Source: Solirubrobacterales bacterium
GTDB lineage: Bacteria; Actinomycetota; Thermoleophilia; Solirubrobacterales; Solirubrobacteraceae
DNA: 56,941 bases
Direction of reading: 5' to 3'
NCBI GenBank assembly: GCA_026392385.1
Contig: JAPLCG010000064.1
Location: 1-56,941 of the forward strand
Positions within the stretch are counted from its first letter, which is position 1; each line of letters opens with the position of its first letter. Positions 1 through 10,767 of this stretch are shown in pieces. Under the pieces are notes generated by a model that made no database searches, was not told the DNA's origin, and saw only the letters and a program-made list of their open reading frames with translations. The translations under genes were made by a program, and so were the position numbers.

Positions 1-1739
1 GCCAGGCCGACAAGTACGCAGTCCCGAGGCTTGCCTACATCAACAAGATGGATCGAATCGGCGCCGACTTCACTCGTGGAGTTGAGACGATGATTGACAG
101 GCTTGGTGCCAACGCGGTGCCAATCCAGATTCCAATTGGCGCTGAAGGCGACTTCCGCGGAATCATCGACCTCGTAGCTAACGAAGCAATTCTCTACAAG
201 GACGACCTTGGTGAGGAGTTTGAGCATGGCGAAATCCCTGCCGAGCTCGCCGATCAGGCAGCTGAGGCTCGCGAAGTGATGCTTGACGAAGTTTCGAAGT
301 ACGACGATGACCTGATGGAAATGATCCTCGAAGAGGCTGACATTCCCACCGATCGCCTCAAGCTTGCCGTTCGCACGGCAACGCTTGGGCTTGGCATGAC
401 TCCGGTGCTTTGCGGTTCATCCTTCAAGAACAAGGGTGTACAGCCGCTGCTCGACGCTGTGATTGATTACCTTCCGTCGCCGCTCGACAAGCCAGCAGTA
501 GTCGGCCACGAGCCTGTCAAGGATGGCGAAGGCCCCGAGGTTGAGCGCTCCGCAGATGATTCACAGCCGTTCAGTGCGCTCGCATTCAAGATCATGACCG
601 ACCCATTTGTCGGCAAGCTGACCTACTTCCGTGTCTATTCAGGCTCGCTTGCCTCCGGATCACGGATTCTCAATGCCAACTCCGGCAAGACTGAACGCAT
701 TGGCCGTCTGCTGATGATGCACGCCAATGACCGCGAGGAGCTCGAGCAGGTTTACTCGGGCGACATCGCTGCCGGTGTTGGTATCAAGCAGGTTTCAACC
801 GGTGACACGCTCTGTGCGCCTGACAAGCCGATTCTGCTTGAGCGGATCGTCTTCCCTGAGCCGGTTATTAAGGTTGCCATTGAGCCACGCACGAAGGTTG
901 ATCAGGAGAAGATGGGTGTAGCGCTCGGCAAGCTTGCCGAGGAAGACCCAACCTTCCAGGTTCGCACCAATGAGGAGACCGGACAGACCGAGATCTCAGG
1001 AATGGGCGAGCTGCACCTTGAAGTTCTTGTTGATCGCATGCTTCGCGAGTTCAAGGTCGACGCAAATGTCGGTCGTCCGCAGGTTTCGTATCGCGAAACG
1101 GTTCGTGGTGAGGCAATCAAGGTCCAGGGCCGCTTCGTTCGTCAGACCGGTGGTTCCGGCCAATTCGCGATCATCTACATCAACCTTGAGCCTGCTCCCG
1201 GTGATGGATTCATCTTTGAGAACAAGATCAAGGGCGGCTCGGTCCCAACCGAGTACATCCCTGCCGTCCAGAAGGGCGTCGTTGAAGCGCTTGAGACCGG
1301 TGTTAAGGCGGGCTACCCGGTCGTCGATGTCAAGGTGACCCTTACCGACGGCAAGTACCACGAGACGGATTCCTCGGAGCTTGCCTTCAAGGTTGCGGGC
1401 TCGCTGGCACTCAAGGAAGCCGCCAAGCTCGCGAAGCCGGTACTGCTTGAACCAATCTTTGCTGTCGAGGTTGTCGTCCCTGAAGAGTTCATGGGTGATG
1501 TGATCGGTGACCTCAACCGTCGTCGTGGTCGCGTCCACGGCATGGAGGCCCGCGGTAATGCGCAGATCGTAAATGCATCAGTTCCGCTGTCCGAAATGTT
1601 CGGTTATGCGACTGACCTCAGGTCGGCGACGCAGGGCAGGGCAAATTACACAATGCAGTTTGAAAGTTATGAGGAGGTCCCCGGGACCATCGCCGAACAG
1701 GTCGTAGAAGCCCGTTCTGGCGGGGCAAGTACCGGGTAG
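1..1739 (+). CDS. fusA: Translation elongation factor G, 5'-truncated by the window edge
   Basis: Frame is open from base 3 ([18 protein letters not shown], containing the NKxD G4 motif). More than 563 aa of EF-G domains II-V follow. It lies directly upstream of tuf, as in the str operon. Confidence 0.97.
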   Translation, partial: QADKYAVPRLAYINKMDRIGADFTRGVETMIDRLGANAVPIQIPIGAEGDFRGIIDLVANEAILYKDDLGEEFEHGEIPAELADQAAEAREVMLDEVSKYDDDLMEMILEEADIPTDRLKLAVRTATLGLGMTPVLCGSSFKNKGVQPLLDAVIDYLPSPLDKPAVVGHEPVKDGEGPEVERSADDSQPFSALAFKIMTDPFVGKLTYFRVYSGSLASGSRILNANSGKTERIGRLLMMHANDREELEQVYSGDIAAGVGIKQVSTGDTLCAPDKPILLERIVFPEPVIKVAIEPRTKVDQEKMGVALGKLAEEDPTFQVRTNEETGQTEISGMGELHLEVLVDRMLREFKVDANVGRPQVSYRETVRGEAIKVQGRFVRQTGGSGQFAIIYINLEPAPGDGFIFENKIKGGSVPTEYIPAVQKGVVEALETGVKAGYPVVDVKVTLTDGKYHETDSSELAFKVAGSLALKEAAKLAKPVLLEPIFAVEVVVPEEFMGDVIGDLNRRRGRVHGMEARGNAQIVNASVPLSEMFGYATDLRSATQGRANYTMQFESYEEVPGTIAEQVVEARSGGASTG

Positions 1740-1836
1740 CAGTATTGCCGGACGGCGCGCGACCCCTGTCGTTCGCTAGATTGCTAGAGGTTACCCATCA
1801 GGGTGACCAATCTTTAGAACAAGGAGCTGAACGAAA

Positions 1837-3021
1837 GTGGCGAAGGAGAAGTTCGAACGCGGCAAGCCGCACCTCAATGTCGGAACCATCGGTCACGTCG
1901 ACCACGGCAAGACCACGCTTACCGCCGCCATCACGACTGTCCTTTCAAAGGCAAGCGGTGGCGAGGCTAAGTCCTTCGCTGAAATCGACAACGCCCCTGA
2001 AGAGAAGGAACGCGGCATTACGATCGCAACCTCTCACGTTGAGTACGAGACGGAGAACCGTCACTACGCTCACGTTGACTGTCCAGGCCACGCCGACTAT
2101 GTGAAGAACATGATCACCGGCGCTGCACAGATGGATGGCGCGATCCTCGTAGTTTCAGCTCCCGACGGAGCAATGCCACAGACCCGTGAGCACATCCTGC
2201 TCGCCCGTCAGGTTGGCGTTCCGAAGATGGTTGTTTTCCTCAACAAGGTCGACATGGTCGATGACGAGGAGCTTCTTGAGCTCGTCGAGGAAGAGCTCAA
2301 GGAAATGCTCACTGAGTACGACTTCCCAGGTGAGGAGATCCCATTTATCAAGGGCTCAGCACTTAAGGCACTTGAGGGCGACGCTGACGCTGAGGCGAAG
2401 ATCCTCGAACTGGCTGCTGCACTTGACGAGTACATCGATATCCCCAAGCGCGAGATCGACAAGCCGTTCCTTATGCCGGTTGAGGATGTTTTCTCAATCA
2501 CAGGCCGCGGAACGGTCGCAACAGGTCGCATCGAGCAGGGCAAGATCAGCACCGGTGACGAAGTTGAAATCGTCGGCATCACGCCAACGGAGAAGACCGT
2601 CATCACCGGCGTCGAGATGTTCCGCAAGATTCTTGACGACGCGCAGGCCGGCGACAACGTCGGATGCCTGTTGCGTGGAACAAAGCGTGAGGAGATTCAG
2701 CGCGGCCAGGTACTTGCCGCTCCGGGATCAATTACTCCCCACACCAAGTTCACGGCTGAGGTTTACATCCTCAAGAAGGAAGAGGGAGGCCGTCACACGC
2801 CATTCTTCTCCGGCTACCGCCCACAGTTCTACTTCCGCACGACTGACGTCACCGGCGTGGCAACATTGCCCGAGGGTGTCGAAATGGTCATGCCAGGAGA
2901 CAACATCACAATGGAGATTGAGCTGATTCAGCCAATCGCCATGGACGAGCAGCTTCGCTTCGCAATCCGCGAAGGTGGCCGCACTGTAGGTTCAGGAGTA
3001 GTAACGAAGATCACTGAGTAA
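1837..3021 (+). CDS. tuf: Translation elongation factor Tu
   Basis: GTG start with AAGGAG upstream. Motifs [14 protein letters not shown] and NKVD are present. 394 aa. Confidence 0.98.
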   Translation: MAKEKFERGKPHLNVGTIGHVDHGKTTLTAAITTVLSKASGGEAKSFAEIDNAPEEKERGITIATSHVEYETENRHYAHVDCPGHADYVKNMITGAAQMDGAILVVSAPDGAMPQTREHILLARQVGVPKMVVFLNKVDMVDDEELLELVEEELKEMLTEYDFPGEEIPFIKGSALKALEGDADAEAKILELAAALDEYIDIPKREIDKPFLMPVEDVFSITGRGTVATGRIEQGKISTGDEVEIVGITPTEKTVITGVEMFRKILDDAQAGDNVGCLLRGTKREEIQRGQVLAAPGSITPHTKFTAEVYILKKEEGGRHTPFFSGYRPQFYFRTTDVTGVATLPEGVEMVMPGDNITMEIELIQPIAMDEQLRFAIREGGRTVGSGVVTKITE

Positions 3022-3032
3022 TTGAGACCAAA

Positions 3033-3060
3033 CGGCCCGCGCGCATCTGCGTCCGGGCCG
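3033..3060 (+). terminator. Possible stem-loop after tuf
   Basis: Inverted repeat CGGCCCG (3033-3039) / CGGGCCG (3054-3060), 12 nt after the tuf stop. There is no U-tract, so this is a weak call. Confidence 0.3.
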
Positions 3061-3078
3061 CAGCAGTTCGCCAAAACT

Positions 3079-3115
3079 GGGGCGGGTTCGTCGGAGTAAT
3101 TCCGGCCCCCGCCCC
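3079..3115 (+). promoter_or_regulatory. GC-rich hairpin in the S10-operon leader
   Basis: GGGGCGGG (3079-3086) pairs with CCCGCCCC (3108-3115) inside the 144-nt tuf-rpsJ spacer. The position is analogous to the L4-regulated S10 leader of E. coli; any function here is inference only. Confidence 0.25.
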
Positions 3116-3165
3116 GCGGCGCGCTGTTTACAGGCTCACTAATACAAACGGAATAGACAGAAAAA

Positions 3166-3489
3166 ATGGCCACAGCGACACAAAACAAAATCCGCATTCG
3201 ACTCAAGTCCTATGACCATGGGACGATCGAAACTGCTGCACGCGAGATCGTGGAAACCGCTGAGCGCACCGGTGCTTCAGTCACTGGACCGGTGCCATTG
3301 CCAACTGAGAAGAACGTCTACTGCGTGATCAAGTCCCCGTTCAAGGACAAGGATTCGCGCGAGCACTTTGAAATCCGCACCCACAAGCGTCTAATCGACA
3401 TCCGTCAGAGCACGCCAAAGACTGTTGATTCGCTCCAGCGTCTCGACCTCCCGGCCGGCGTTGACATTGAGATCAGGTTGGCTGACTGA
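3166..3489 (+). CDS. rpsJ: 30S ribosomal protein S10
   Basis: 107 aa, [13 protein letters not shown]...RTHKRLIDI, typical S10. First gene of the S10 operon. Confidence 0.97.
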   Translation: MATATQNKIRIRLKSYDHGTIETAAREIVETAERTGASVTGPVPLPTEKNVYCVIKSPFKDKDSREHFEIRTHKRLIDIRQSTPKTVDSLQRLDLPAGVDIEIRLAD

Positions 3490-3491
3490 CG

Positions 3492-4109
3492 ATGACCGCA
3501 ATTCTCGCCCGCAAACTTGGCATGACCCAGCGCTTCCTTGAAGATGGACGCGTTGAACGCGTAACCGTCCTCGAGGCTGGTCCCTGCCCGGTTACGGCTC
3601 TGCGGACCGAGGAAAACGACGGCTACGTGGCAGTTCAACTTGCCTTTGACGAGTGCCGCGAGAAGGTCATCAGCAAGCCTGAGATCGGACACCTTAAGAA
3701 GGCTGGCGTCGGAGCACACCGGACAGTCACTGAGTTCCGCGGCGAGAGCGGCGAGCTGCAGGTTGGCGACACCGTTACCGCTGAAGCATTTGAGCCCGGA
3801 GCCAAAATCAAGGTCTCGGGGATCTCTAAGGGCAAGGGTTTTGCCGGAACAATTAAGCGTCACAACTTCGCAAGTGGACCAAAGAGCCACGGCTCGCACA
3901 ACGTCAGGGCACCGGGATCCGTTGGTGCATCAGCAACTCCCGCCCGGACAATGAAGGGCATTCGCGGACCGGGGCAGATGGGCTCCAAGCGAGTAACTCA
4001 GAAGGGGCTGACGGTGGTCGAGGTAATCGCTGCCGACAACCTGCTGCTTGTTCGCGGCTCAGTACCAGGGCCACGCGGCTCGACCGTTGAGGTGCGTACC
4101 GATGCCTGA
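3492..4109 (+). CDS. rplC: 50S ribosomal protein L3
   Basis: MTAILARKLGMTQRF N-terminus and KGKGFAGTIKRHNF motif. Conserved operon position. Confidence 0.97.
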   Translation: MTAILARKLGMTQRFLEDGRVERVTVLEAGPCPVTALRTEENDGYVAVQLAFDECREKVISKPEIGHLKKAGVGAHRTVTEFRGESGELQVGDTVTAEAFEPGAKIKVSGISKGKGFAGTIKRHNFASGPKSHGSHNVRAPGSVGASATPARTMKGIRGPGQMGSKRVTQKGLTVVEVIAADNLLLVRGSVPGPRGSTVEVRTDA

Positions 4110-4743
4110 CGCAATTCGCCTCGGTGGCGGTGCTGCCGTAAAACTTGACCCTGAAGCCTTTGACCAGCGCTTCAACATGCCACTCGTTCACGAGACTGTT
4201 CTCGCAGAGCTTGCTGCGCTCCGTCAAGGAACGCACGCAACTAAGACGCGCGGAATGGTCTCCGGTGGTGGCGCCAAGCCATGGCGCCAGAAGGGCACCG
4301 GACGGGCTCGCGCAGGTTCTAGCCGTTCGCCGATCTGGAAGGGCGGAGGTACCGTCTTTGGTCCTCAACCCCATCACTACACGGTGAAGGTCAACCGCAA
4401 GGCTCGGCGTGCCGCGCTTCGGTCAGCACTTTCAGTCCACGGTCAGCGTGGCTCAGTAGCATTGCTGGACGGCAGCAGCTGGAGCGAACCCGCTACCAAG
4501 CGCGCCGCAGCAGAGCTTGCTGCCTGGGATGTAAAGGGGCCGTACCTGCTGCTCGTTGGCGTCGAAGAGACCAACGCAGCGCTCTCATTCCGCAATCTTC
4601 AGTCGGTAGTCGTCAAGTCGGTCGGTACCGCAGGCGTCGCTGACATCATGCGCGCAGGCGGACTTATCGTCTCCGACGCAGCACTTGAGCTGCTCTCTGA
4701 GCGCGCTACTCGTCCCGTACGGTCCGAAGCGGTGGCTGCCTAA
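4102..4743 (+). CDS. rplD: 50S ribosomal protein L4
   Basis: [15 protein letters not shown] motif. The chosen ATG at 4102 overlaps the rplC stop (ATGCCTGA). The track ORF begins at 4048, which would overlap rplC by 62 nt. Confidence 0.93.
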   Translation: MPDAIRLGGGAAVKLDPEAFDQRFNMPLVHETVLAELAALRQGTHATKTRGMVSGGGAKPWRQKGTGRARAGSSRSPIWKGGGTVFGPQPHHYTVKVNRKARRAALRSALSVHGQRGSVALLDGSSWSEPATKRAAAELAAWDVKGPYLLLVGVEETNAALSFRNLQSVVVKSVGTAGVADIMRAGGLIVSDAALELLSERATRPVRSEAVAA

Positions 4744-5036
4744 TGGACGCAACGCAAATCATTCTTCGCCCGGTTGTCTCAGAGAAGAGCTTTGTGCTCG
4801 CTGAAACAGGCCGCTACACATTCCGAGTGCACCCCGATGCTCACAAGACTGAGATCCGCCAGGCAATCAAGACTCTCTTTGAGGTTGATGTTGTCTCGGT
4901 TCACACGGCGAATGTCCGTGGCAAGCCGAAGCGTCGCGGTCTCTACTCAGGCAACCGTCGTTCATGGAAGAAGGCAATCGTTCAGGTTGGCCCCGGTCAG
5001 AAGATCCCGATCTTCCAAGCATTGGAGACTTCCTGA
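4743..5036 (+). CDS. rplW: 50S ribosomal protein L23
   Basis: 97 aa, [10 protein letters not shown]... motif. TAATG overlap with the rplD stop. Confidence 0.96.
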   Translation: MDATQIILRPVVSEKSFVLAETGRYTFRVHPDAHKTEIRQAIKTLFEVDVVSVHTANVRGKPKRRGLYSGNRRSWKKAIVQVGPGQKIPIFQALETS

Positions 5037-5875
5037 TGGCGGTACGTAAGCCGAAGCCAACCAGCCCCGGAATGCGGTTCGTCAGCTACCCCGATTTCGC
5101 TGAAGTCACCCGCTCCGAGCCTGAAAAGTCACTCGTTGAGGGACTTAAGAAGTCCGGTGGCCGCAATGCCAACGGTCGCAAGACTGCACGCCATCGTGGC
5201 GGAGGAGCCAAGCGGCTCTATCGCAAGATCGACTTCAAGCGTCGCAAGGATGGTGTGCCGGCTCGTGTTGCGCACATTGAGTACGACCCGAATCGCTCTG
5301 CTTACATCGCACTTCTTCACTACGCAGATGGTGAGAAGCGCTACATCCTCGCCCCACAGGGTCTCAAGGTCGACGCAACTGTTTCATCCGGTCCTGGCTC
5401 GGAGATCGCAGCTGGCAACTCGCTCGCACTTGCCGACATGCCCACAGGTACCGTCATCCACAATGTTGAGCTTCAGCCGGGACGCGGCGGCCAGATGGCC
5501 CGTTCGGCCGGGGCATCGGTTCAGTTGCTCGCCAAGGACAACGGCATGATCACTCTCCGTCTGCCCTCAGGCGAAATGCGTCTCGTACGCGAAGAGTGCC
5601 GCGCGACAGTCGGCTCGATCGGGAACAGCGAGCATCAGAACGTCACAATTGGCAAGGCTGGCCGCAAGCGTCACATGGGCGTTCGCCCACAGACCCGCGG
5701 TGTAGCAATGAACCCAGTTGACCACCCGCACGGTGGTGGAGAAGGTTCAACAACTGCAGGCCGTCACCCGGTAACTCCATGGGGCGTGCCGACGCTCGGG
5801 TATAGAACCCGCGCGAAGAACAAGCAGTCCGACCGTTACATCGTCAGAGGCCGCAAGCGCGGCAAGAAGCGTTAG
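5036..5875 (+). CDS. rplB: 50S ribosomal protein L2
   Basis: [16 protein letters not shown]-terminus and HPHGGGEG motif. The ATG at 5036 overlaps the rplW stop (TGATG). The track ORF starts at 4964, inside rplW. Confidence 0.96.
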   Translation: MAVRKPKPTSPGMRFVSYPDFAEVTRSEPEKSLVEGLKKSGGRNANGRKTARHRGGGAKRLYRKIDFKRRKDGVPARVAHIEYDPNRSAYIALLHYADGEKRYILAPQGLKVDATVSSGPGSEIAAGNSLALADMPTGTVIHNVELQPGRGGQMARSAGASVQLLAKDNGMITLRLPSGEMRLVREECRATVGSIGNSEHQNVTIGKAGRKRHMGVRPQTRGVAMNPVDHPHGGGEGSTTAGRHPVTPWGVPTLGYRTRAKNKQSDRYIVRGRKRGKKR

Positions 5876-5886
5876 GTGATCAGCAG

Positions 5887-6159
5887 ATGAGTAGATCCAG
5901 CAAAAAGGGACCTTACGTAGACGAGCGCCTGATGGCGCGAGTTGAAGCGATGAACGCAGCCGGCGATAAGCGGATGCTGAAGACCTGGTCGCGTACCTCA
6001 ACAATCTTCCCGGAAATGGTCGGTCATACGATCGCCGTTCACGATGGACGCAAGCATGTTCCTGTGTTCGTCAGCGAATCAATGGTTGGTCACAAACTCG
6101 GTGAGTTTGCCCCGACTCGTACCTTCCGCGGTCACGTCGATTCAGCAAGGCAGCGCTAG
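5887..6159 (+). CDS. rpsS: 30S ribosomal protein S19
   Basis: [12 protein letters not shown]...[11 protein letters not shown], 90 aa. Confidence 0.97.
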   Translation: MSRSSKKGPYVDERLMARVEAMNAAGDKRMLKTWSRTSTIFPEMVGHTIAVHDGRKHVPVFVSESMVGHKLGEFAPTRTFRGHVDSARQR

Positions 6160-6163
6160 ATAA

Positions 6164-6553
6164 ATGGCTGACACCGAAACAACTGAAACAGCAGCACCAG
6201 AGGTGGCTAACGCACCTGTAATCGTCCGCGCCCGCGCCCGTTATGTGCGCAGCTCGGCCCGCAAGGCGCGTCTCGTCTGCGATCACATTCGCGGCAAGTC
6301 GGTCCCGGAGGCCCGTGCGCTGCTGCTCCACTCTCCACGCGACGTTTCGGTTGCTTGGAGCAAGCTTCTTGAATCAGCAGTAGCTAATGCTGAGCACAAC
6401 AATGGTCTCGTTGGTGAAGACCTCGTAATCGTTTCGGTATTCGCCGATGAGGGACCGACTCTCAAGCGTTTCCGGCCGCGCGCAATGGGGCGAGCAACAA
6501 AGATCCTCAAGCGCACCAGCCATCTTTCGATCAGCTTGGGAACAGGGGAGTAA
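6164..6553 (+). CDS. rplV: 50S ribosomal protein L22
   Basis: [23 protein letters not shown] motif. It has about 15 aa of acidic N-terminal lead-in. Confidence 0.95.
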   Translation: MADTETTETAAPEVANAPVIVRARARYVRSSARKARLVCDHIRGKSVPEARALLLHSPRDVSVAWSKLLESAVANAEHNNGLVGEDLVIVSVFADEGPTLKRFRPRAMGRATKILKRTSHLSISLGTGE

Positions 6554-6555
6554 CC

Positions 6556-7395
6556 GTGGGACAGAAAGTTCATCCAGAGGCAATGCGGGTCGGCTACATC
6601 CATGATTGGAAGGCGACCTGGTTCAACGAGAAGAACTTTGCCGACTATCTGGCTGAGGACAACGAAATCCGTGAGCACATCACGAAGCGCCTTGCCCATG
6701 CTGGCCTCTCCAAGATCACAATCAAGAAGACTCCAACGCAGGTAGAAGTAAATATTTCGACCGCCCGTCCAGGGATTGTGATTGGTAAGTCCGGTACGGA
6801 GGTTGACGCGCTCCGTCGCGACCTTCATGACCTGACAAACAAGCAAGTCAAGGTCAACATCCTTGAGATCAAGCGCCCAGAGCTCGACGCAAATCTTGTC
6901 GCTCAGTCTGTCGCTGAGCAGCTTCAGAACCGTGTGGCGTTCCGTCGCGCGATGAAGCGGGCGATTACCTCTGCAATGCGATCCGGCGCCAAGGGCATAA
7001 AGATCCAGGTCTCAGGCCGCCTTGGCGGTGCTGAAATGGGTCGCACTGAGTCTTATTCCGATGGTCGGGTGCCGCTCCACACGCTGCGAGCAGACATTGA
7101 CTACGGAGCCTACGAGGCGCGCACAACATTCGGCCGCATCGGCGTCAAGGTATGGGTAAACAAGGGCGAAATCATGCCTGAGGGTTACAGCGGCAGCGAC
7201 CTTACGATCATGGATGACTCACCACCGCCACCACCACCACCGGATAGTCGTGGACGGCGTGACCGTCGCAGCGGCGGCGGCGGACAGGGCGGCGGCGGAC
7301 GTGGCGGTCAAGGTGGTCAGGGCGGCGGCTTCGGCGGCGGTCGTGGCGGTCAAGGTGGCGGCGGTCGTGGCGGCCAGCAGGGTGGTGGACGCTAG
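6556..7395 (+). CDS. rpsC: 30S ribosomal protein S3 with Pro7 / RGG-rich C-terminal tail
   Basis: GTG start, [15 protein letters not shown] and S3-C domains. The last approximately 68 aa are PPPPPPP followed by (G)nR/Q repeats. Confidence 0.96.
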   Translation: MGQKVHPEAMRVGYIHDWKATWFNEKNFADYLAEDNEIREHITKRLAHAGLSKITIKKTPTQVEVNISTARPGIVIGKSGTEVDALRRDLHDLTNKQVKVNILEIKRPELDANLVAQSVAEQLQNRVAFRRAMKRAITSAMRSGAKGIKIQVSGRLGGAEMGRTESYSDGRVPLHTLRADIDYGAYEARTTFGRIGVKVWVNKGEIMPEGYSGSDLTIMDDSPPPPPPPDSRGRRDRRSGGGGQGGGGRGGQGGQGGGFGGGRGGQGGGGRGGQQGGGR

Positions 7396-7809
7396 ATGCT
7401 CTCTCCAAAGCGAGTTAAGTTCCGCAAGGTTCACCGTGGTCGTCGTGCAGGTCTTTCGCGCGGCCAGGTCAGCGTTCAGTTCGGTGAGTACGGCCTCAAA
7501 GCTCTCGATGCCGGCTGGCTTACCAACCGACAGATTGAAGCTGCCCGTATTGCTATGACCCGTAAGATCAAGCGAGGCGGCAAGGTTTGGATCAATGTCT
7601 TCCCAGACAAGCCGTACACAAAGAAGCCTGCTGAAACGCGAATGGGTTCAGGTAAGGGCTCGCCCGAGGGTTGGGTAGCCGTTGTTAAGCCAGGACGCGT
7701 AATGTTTGAGCTCGCTGGTGTGCCGGAACCACTTGCTCGCGAGGCGCTTCGCCTTGCCGGTCACAAGCTTCCGATTCGTACAAAATTCGTAGAGCGTGAG
7801 GATTCGTAG
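7396..7809 (+). CDS. rplP: 50S ribosomal protein L16
   Basis: [17 protein letters not shown]-terminus, 137 aa. Confidence 0.97.
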   Translation: MLSPKRVKFRKVHRGRRAGLSRGQVSVQFGEYGLKALDAGWLTNRQIEAARIAMTRKIKRGGKVWINVFPDKPYTKKPAETRMGSGKGSPEGWVAVVKPGRVMFELAGVPEPLAREALRLAGHKLPIRTKFVEREDS

Positions 7810-7811
7810 CG

Positions 7812-8030
7812 ATGACAAACAAAGCATCTGATCTCCGCGAGATGGAGCCTGACCACCTGATCGAGGTTGCCCTCAAGGCACGCCGCGACCTGTTCGATAT
7901 GCGATTCAGGAACGCAACCGGCGAGCTTGAGAACACCGCTGGAATTTCTGCCGCGCGGCGTCACGTTGCGCGCACAATCACGATCTGCCGCGAACGCGGC
8001 CTGACAATTTCTGAGGAGCCAAGCAGTTGA
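7812..8030 (+). CDS. rpmC: 50S ribosomal protein L29
   Basis: 72 aa, LREMEPDHLIEVALKARRDLFDMRF. Conserved position between rplP and rpsQ. Confidence 0.93.
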   Translation: MTNKASDLREMEPDHLIEVALKARRDLFDMRFRNATGELENTAGISAARRHVARTITICRERGLTISEEPSS

Positions 8031-8731
8031 GCGACGAAACTGAAAACGAGGAGACGACTCCCGTGGAGGAAACTCCTGTCGAGGCGACTCCTGAAGCTGA
8101 TGCTCCTGCCGCTGAAGAGCCTGAAGCTGATGCTCCTGCCGCTGAAGAGCCTGAAGCTGAGGCCCCTGCGGCCGAAGAGCCTGAGGCTGATGCTGCGCCT
8201 GCAGATGAACCGGCGGAAGACAAGCCGGCTGCTGCCGCACCAGCTGATGAGCCTGAAGAGGAAGGCGAGAAGCTGCCCTTCAAGGCTGGGCTGCGCCTTG
8301 AGCGCTCACGTCAGCCTGTTGAGGCCAAGCCACAGCAGACGACCGAGGAACGCACCGCTGCGCGCGCCAAGCTTCGTGCCGAGAAGGCTGCTGCCCGTCG
8401 TCGCTGGCGTGGCAAGCAGAAGGCCAAGCGTGCTGCCAATCCAACCGCTGCCAAGGCTGCAACCGAGCCAAAGGCTCAATCGGCTGGGGCACAGAAGTTC
8501 CGCCAGGGAATTGTCGTTTCCGACAAGGGCGAAAAGACGATCACGATCCGCGTTGATGTCGCACGACGTCACCCGCGTTACGAGAAGATCGTCCGCAGTT
8601 CCTCAACACTTCGCGTTCACGATGAGAGCAACGACGCTCACCTCGGCGACACCGTCAAGGTGATCGAGTGTCGGCCAATGTCGCGCTCAAAGCGCTGGCG
8701 TCTAGCTGAAGTTCTGGAGCGTGCCAAGTGA
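8027..8731 (+). CDS. rpsQ: 30S ribosomal protein S17 with an approximately 156-aa N-terminal low-complexity extension
   Basis: The C-terminal 78 aa ([21 protein letters not shown]...[13 protein letters not shown]) are a canonical S17 domain. The frame is open back to a TTG at 8027 that overlaps the rpmC stop (TTGA). There is no internal ATG, so a downstream alternative start cannot be excluded. Confidence 0.85.
   Translation: MSDETENEETTPVEETPVEATPEADAPAAEEPEADAPAAEEPEAEAPAAEEPEADAAPADEPAEDKPAAAAPADEPEEEGEKLPFKAGLRLERSRQPVEAKPQQTTEERTAARAKLRAEKAAARRRWRGKQKAKRAANPTAAKAATEPKAQSAGAQKFRQGIVVSDKGEKTITIRVDVARRHPRYEKIVRSSSTLRVHDESNDAHLGDTVKVIECRPMSRSKRWRLAEVLERAK
8090..8209 (+). repeat. Four tandem 30-bp units inside rpsQ
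   Basis: Unit cctgaagctgatgctcctgccgctgaagag. Copies at 8090-8119 and 8120-8149 are identical; 8150-8179 and 8180-8209 are diverged. The repeat is in frame and encodes [10 protein letters not shown]. Confidence 0.9.
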
Positions 8732-9096
8732 TCCAGACCGAGTCACGACTCAGAGTTGCTGATAACAGCGGCGCAAGGGAGATCCTCTGCATCCGTGTGC
8801 GCGGTGGATCCCACCAGCGCTATGCGCGGGTTGGCGATGTAATCGTGGCCACCGTCAAGCAGGCTGTTCCGCAGGGAACGGTCAAGAAGGGTGAAGTCGT
8901 TACAGCAGTTGTCGTCCGCACCCGTAAGCCATTTGGCCGCGATGACGGAACATCAATTGGCTTTGACGAAAACGCTGCTGTGATCATTGACGATCAGAAC
9001 AACCCCCGCGGAACCCGTATTTTCGGACCGGTTGCCCGCGAGCTACGCGATCGCAACTTCATGAAGATCGTCTCGCTTGCTCCGGAGGTTCTCTAA
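8728..9096 (+). CDS. rplN: 50S ribosomal protein L14
   Basis: GTG start overlapping the rpsQ stop (GTGA). [24 protein letters not shown]. Confidence 0.97.
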   Translation: MIQTESRLRVADNSGAREILCIRVRGGSHQRYARVGDVIVATVKQAVPQGTVKKGEVVTAVVVRTRKPFGRDDGTSIGFDENAAVIIDDQNNPRGTRIFGPVARELRDRNFMKIVSLAPEVL

Positions 9097-9431
9097 TGGG
9101 TGCAATGAAGATCCGTAAGGGCGACACCGTCCAGGTTGTTTCCGGCAAGGACCGCGGCAAGAGCGGCACGGTGCTCCGTGTTGACGCCGCTAAGTCACGC
9201 GTTTATGTCGAAGGTCTCGGCATCATCAAGCGTCACATCCGCCCTTCTCCGGTTCCAGGTGCCTCGGCTGAACAGACTGCTGGCGGCGTAATTGCCTCAG
9301 AAGGCCCAATCCATGTATCCAACGTTTCCCTGATTGATCCCAAGGACGGAAAGCCGACCCGTGTCGGCATTGTCCGTGAGGATGGCCGCAGGATCAGGGT
9401 TGCCAAGCGCAGTGGCGAGAGGCTTGACTGA
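9096..9431 (+). CDS. rplX: 50S ribosomal protein L24
   Basis: [26 protein letters not shown] motif. TAATG overlap with rplN. Confidence 0.96.
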   Translation: MGAMKIRKGDTVQVVSGKDRGKSGTVLRVDAAKSRVYVEGLGIIKRHIRPSPVPGASAEQTAGGVIASEGPIHVSNVSLIDPKDGKPTRVGIVREDGRRIRVAKRSGERLD

Positions 9432-9432
9432 A

Positions 9433-10152
9433 ATGGCCGCACGACTTAAAGAGCGTTACGAGAAGGAAATCCGTCCAAGCCTGATCAAGGAGTTCGGCTA
9501 CAGCTCACCGATGCAGGCTCCGAAGATCGAGAAGATCGTTGTCAACATGGGCGTTGGCGAGGCAAAGACCGACTCGAAGGCGCTTGAGGCTGCCTCTGAG
9601 CAGCTCGCAACGATTACCGGTCAGCACCCAAATGTTCGTCGCTCGAAGAAGTCGATCGCTCAGTTCAAGCTTCGTGAGGGAATGGCAGTCGGAATCGCAG
9701 TTACGCTTCGTGGAGACCGACTTTACGAGTTCCTCGACCGGCTGATGTCGGTTGCGATCCCTCGGATCCGCGACTTCCGCGGTCTCACTCCGAAGTCATT
9801 CGACGGCCGCGGTAACTACGCACTCGGCATTCGTGAACAGATTATCTTCCCCGAAATTGACTACGACACAGTCGACGCAGTTCGTGGGTTGGATATCGTC
9901 GTAGCGACTTCGGCAAAGACCGACGAGGAAGCACTGGCGCTTCTTAAGGCTTTCGGTATGCCGTTCGCCAAGCCGGCGAAGAAGACTGAAGCTCCAAAGC
10001 CTGCTCCAGTTGTTGAGTCGGCAGAGGAGTCGGAGCCTGACGCAGCAGAGTCAGCTGAAGCTCCAGCTGCAGAGGCCGAGGCCGCAGCTGAGCCTGAAGC
10101 AGAATCAACCGAACAGACCGAAACCGACGCAACCGAGAAGACTGAGGAGTAA
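9433..10152 (+). CDS. rplE: 50S ribosomal protein L5 with a 59-aa acidic C-terminal tail
   Basis: [17 protein letters not shown] start at 9433, 1 nt after the rplX stop. The L5 core runs to ...[11 protein letters not shown]. The tail is rich in E, A, P and T. The track ORF begins at 9334, inside rplX. Confidence 0.94.
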   Translation: MAARLKERYEKEIRPSLIKEFGYSSPMQAPKIEKIVVNMGVGEAKTDSKALEAASEQLATITGQHPNVRRSKKSIAQFKLREGMAVGIAVTLRGDRLYEFLDRLMSVAIPRIRDFRGLTPKSFDGRGNYALGIREQIIFPEIDYDTVDAVRGLDIVVATSAKTDEEALALLKAFGMPFAKPAKKTEAPKPAPVVESAEESEPDAAESAEAPAAEAEAAAEPEAESTEQTETDATEKTEE

Positions 10153-10160
10153 CAGAGAGC

Positions 10161-10346
10161 ATGGCCAAGACTTCCCAGCGGGTTCGCCAACAGCGCCCCG
10201 CAAAGTACAAGACACGTGAGTACTCGCGCTGCCGCCGCTGCGGTCGCCCGCGCTCGGTGTATCGCAAGTTCGGTATCTGCCGTATCTGCCTGCGCGAGCT
10301 CGCACACAACGGTTACATCCCCGGCATGACCAAGTCGAGCTGGTAG
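10161..10346 (+). CDS. rpsN: 30S ribosomal protein S14, short zinc-binding (type Z) form
   Basis: 61 aa with CRRCGRP...CRIC (two CxxC pairs) and a C-terminal W. Confidence 0.95.
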   Translation: MAKTSQRVRQQRPAKYKTREYSRCRRCGRPRSVYRKFGICRICLRELAHNGYIPGMTKSSW

Positions 10347-10356
10347 GAGAAGACGA

Positions 10357-10764
10357 ATGTCAATGACCGATCCAATTGCCGACCTGCTTACGCGAGTGCG
10401 TAATGCCGCTCGTGCCCAGCACCAGGATGTTCTCGTACCCAACTCGCAGTTCAAGACTGAGGTGGCGAGGATTCTCAGTGAGCAGGGCTACATCGAGAGC
10501 TACACAACCGAGGCCGCTCCTGATGGCGAGCCCGGCGAACGACTTCGTATCGTGTTGCGCTACACCGATCAGCGTGAGCCAGTCATCACTGGGATTCGTC
10601 GCGTATCGCGCCCAGGCCGTCGCAGCTACGTTGATAGCGATCACATCCCCAAGGTCGAGGGTGGCCTTGGAACAGCAATCATTTCGACCTCTCGTGGGGT
10701 CATGACCGGGCACGATGCCCGCCGCGCAGGTGTCGGTGGCGAAGTCGTGGCGCACGTCTGGTAA
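10357..10764 (+). CDS. rpsH: 30S ribosomal protein S8
   Basis: MTDPIADLLTRVRNA N-terminus, 135 aa. Confidence 0.97.
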   Translation: MSMTDPIADLLTRVRNAARAQHQDVLVPNSQFKTEVARILSEQGYIESYTTEAAPDGEPGERLRIVLRYTDQREPVITGIRRVSRPGRRSYVDSDHIPKVEGGLGTAIISTSRGVMTGHDARRAGVGGEVVAHVW

Positions 10765-10767
10765 CTG

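Noticed and set aside
996-1538. A 180-aa minus-strand ORF inside fusA. Many similar ORFs lie inside tuf, rplC, rplB, secY, ligA and other genes.
   Set aside because: They are antisense or alternative-frame ORFs inside highly conserved genes. No independent support exists.
7208-8283. Several 66-159-aa ORFs on both strands across the rpsC tail, rpmC and the rpsQ repeat region.
   Set aside because: These are products of GGC-rich and GAA/GCT-rich low-complexity DNA. They are antisense or out of frame relative to conserved ribosomal protein genes.
9334-9432. Upstream extensions of track ORFs for rplE. The same applies to rplD 4048-4101, rplB 4964-5035 and rpsE 11614-11670.
   Set aside because: The extensions overlap the preceding ribosomal gene. 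The conserved N-termini begin at internal ATGs placed at or next to the upstream stop codon.
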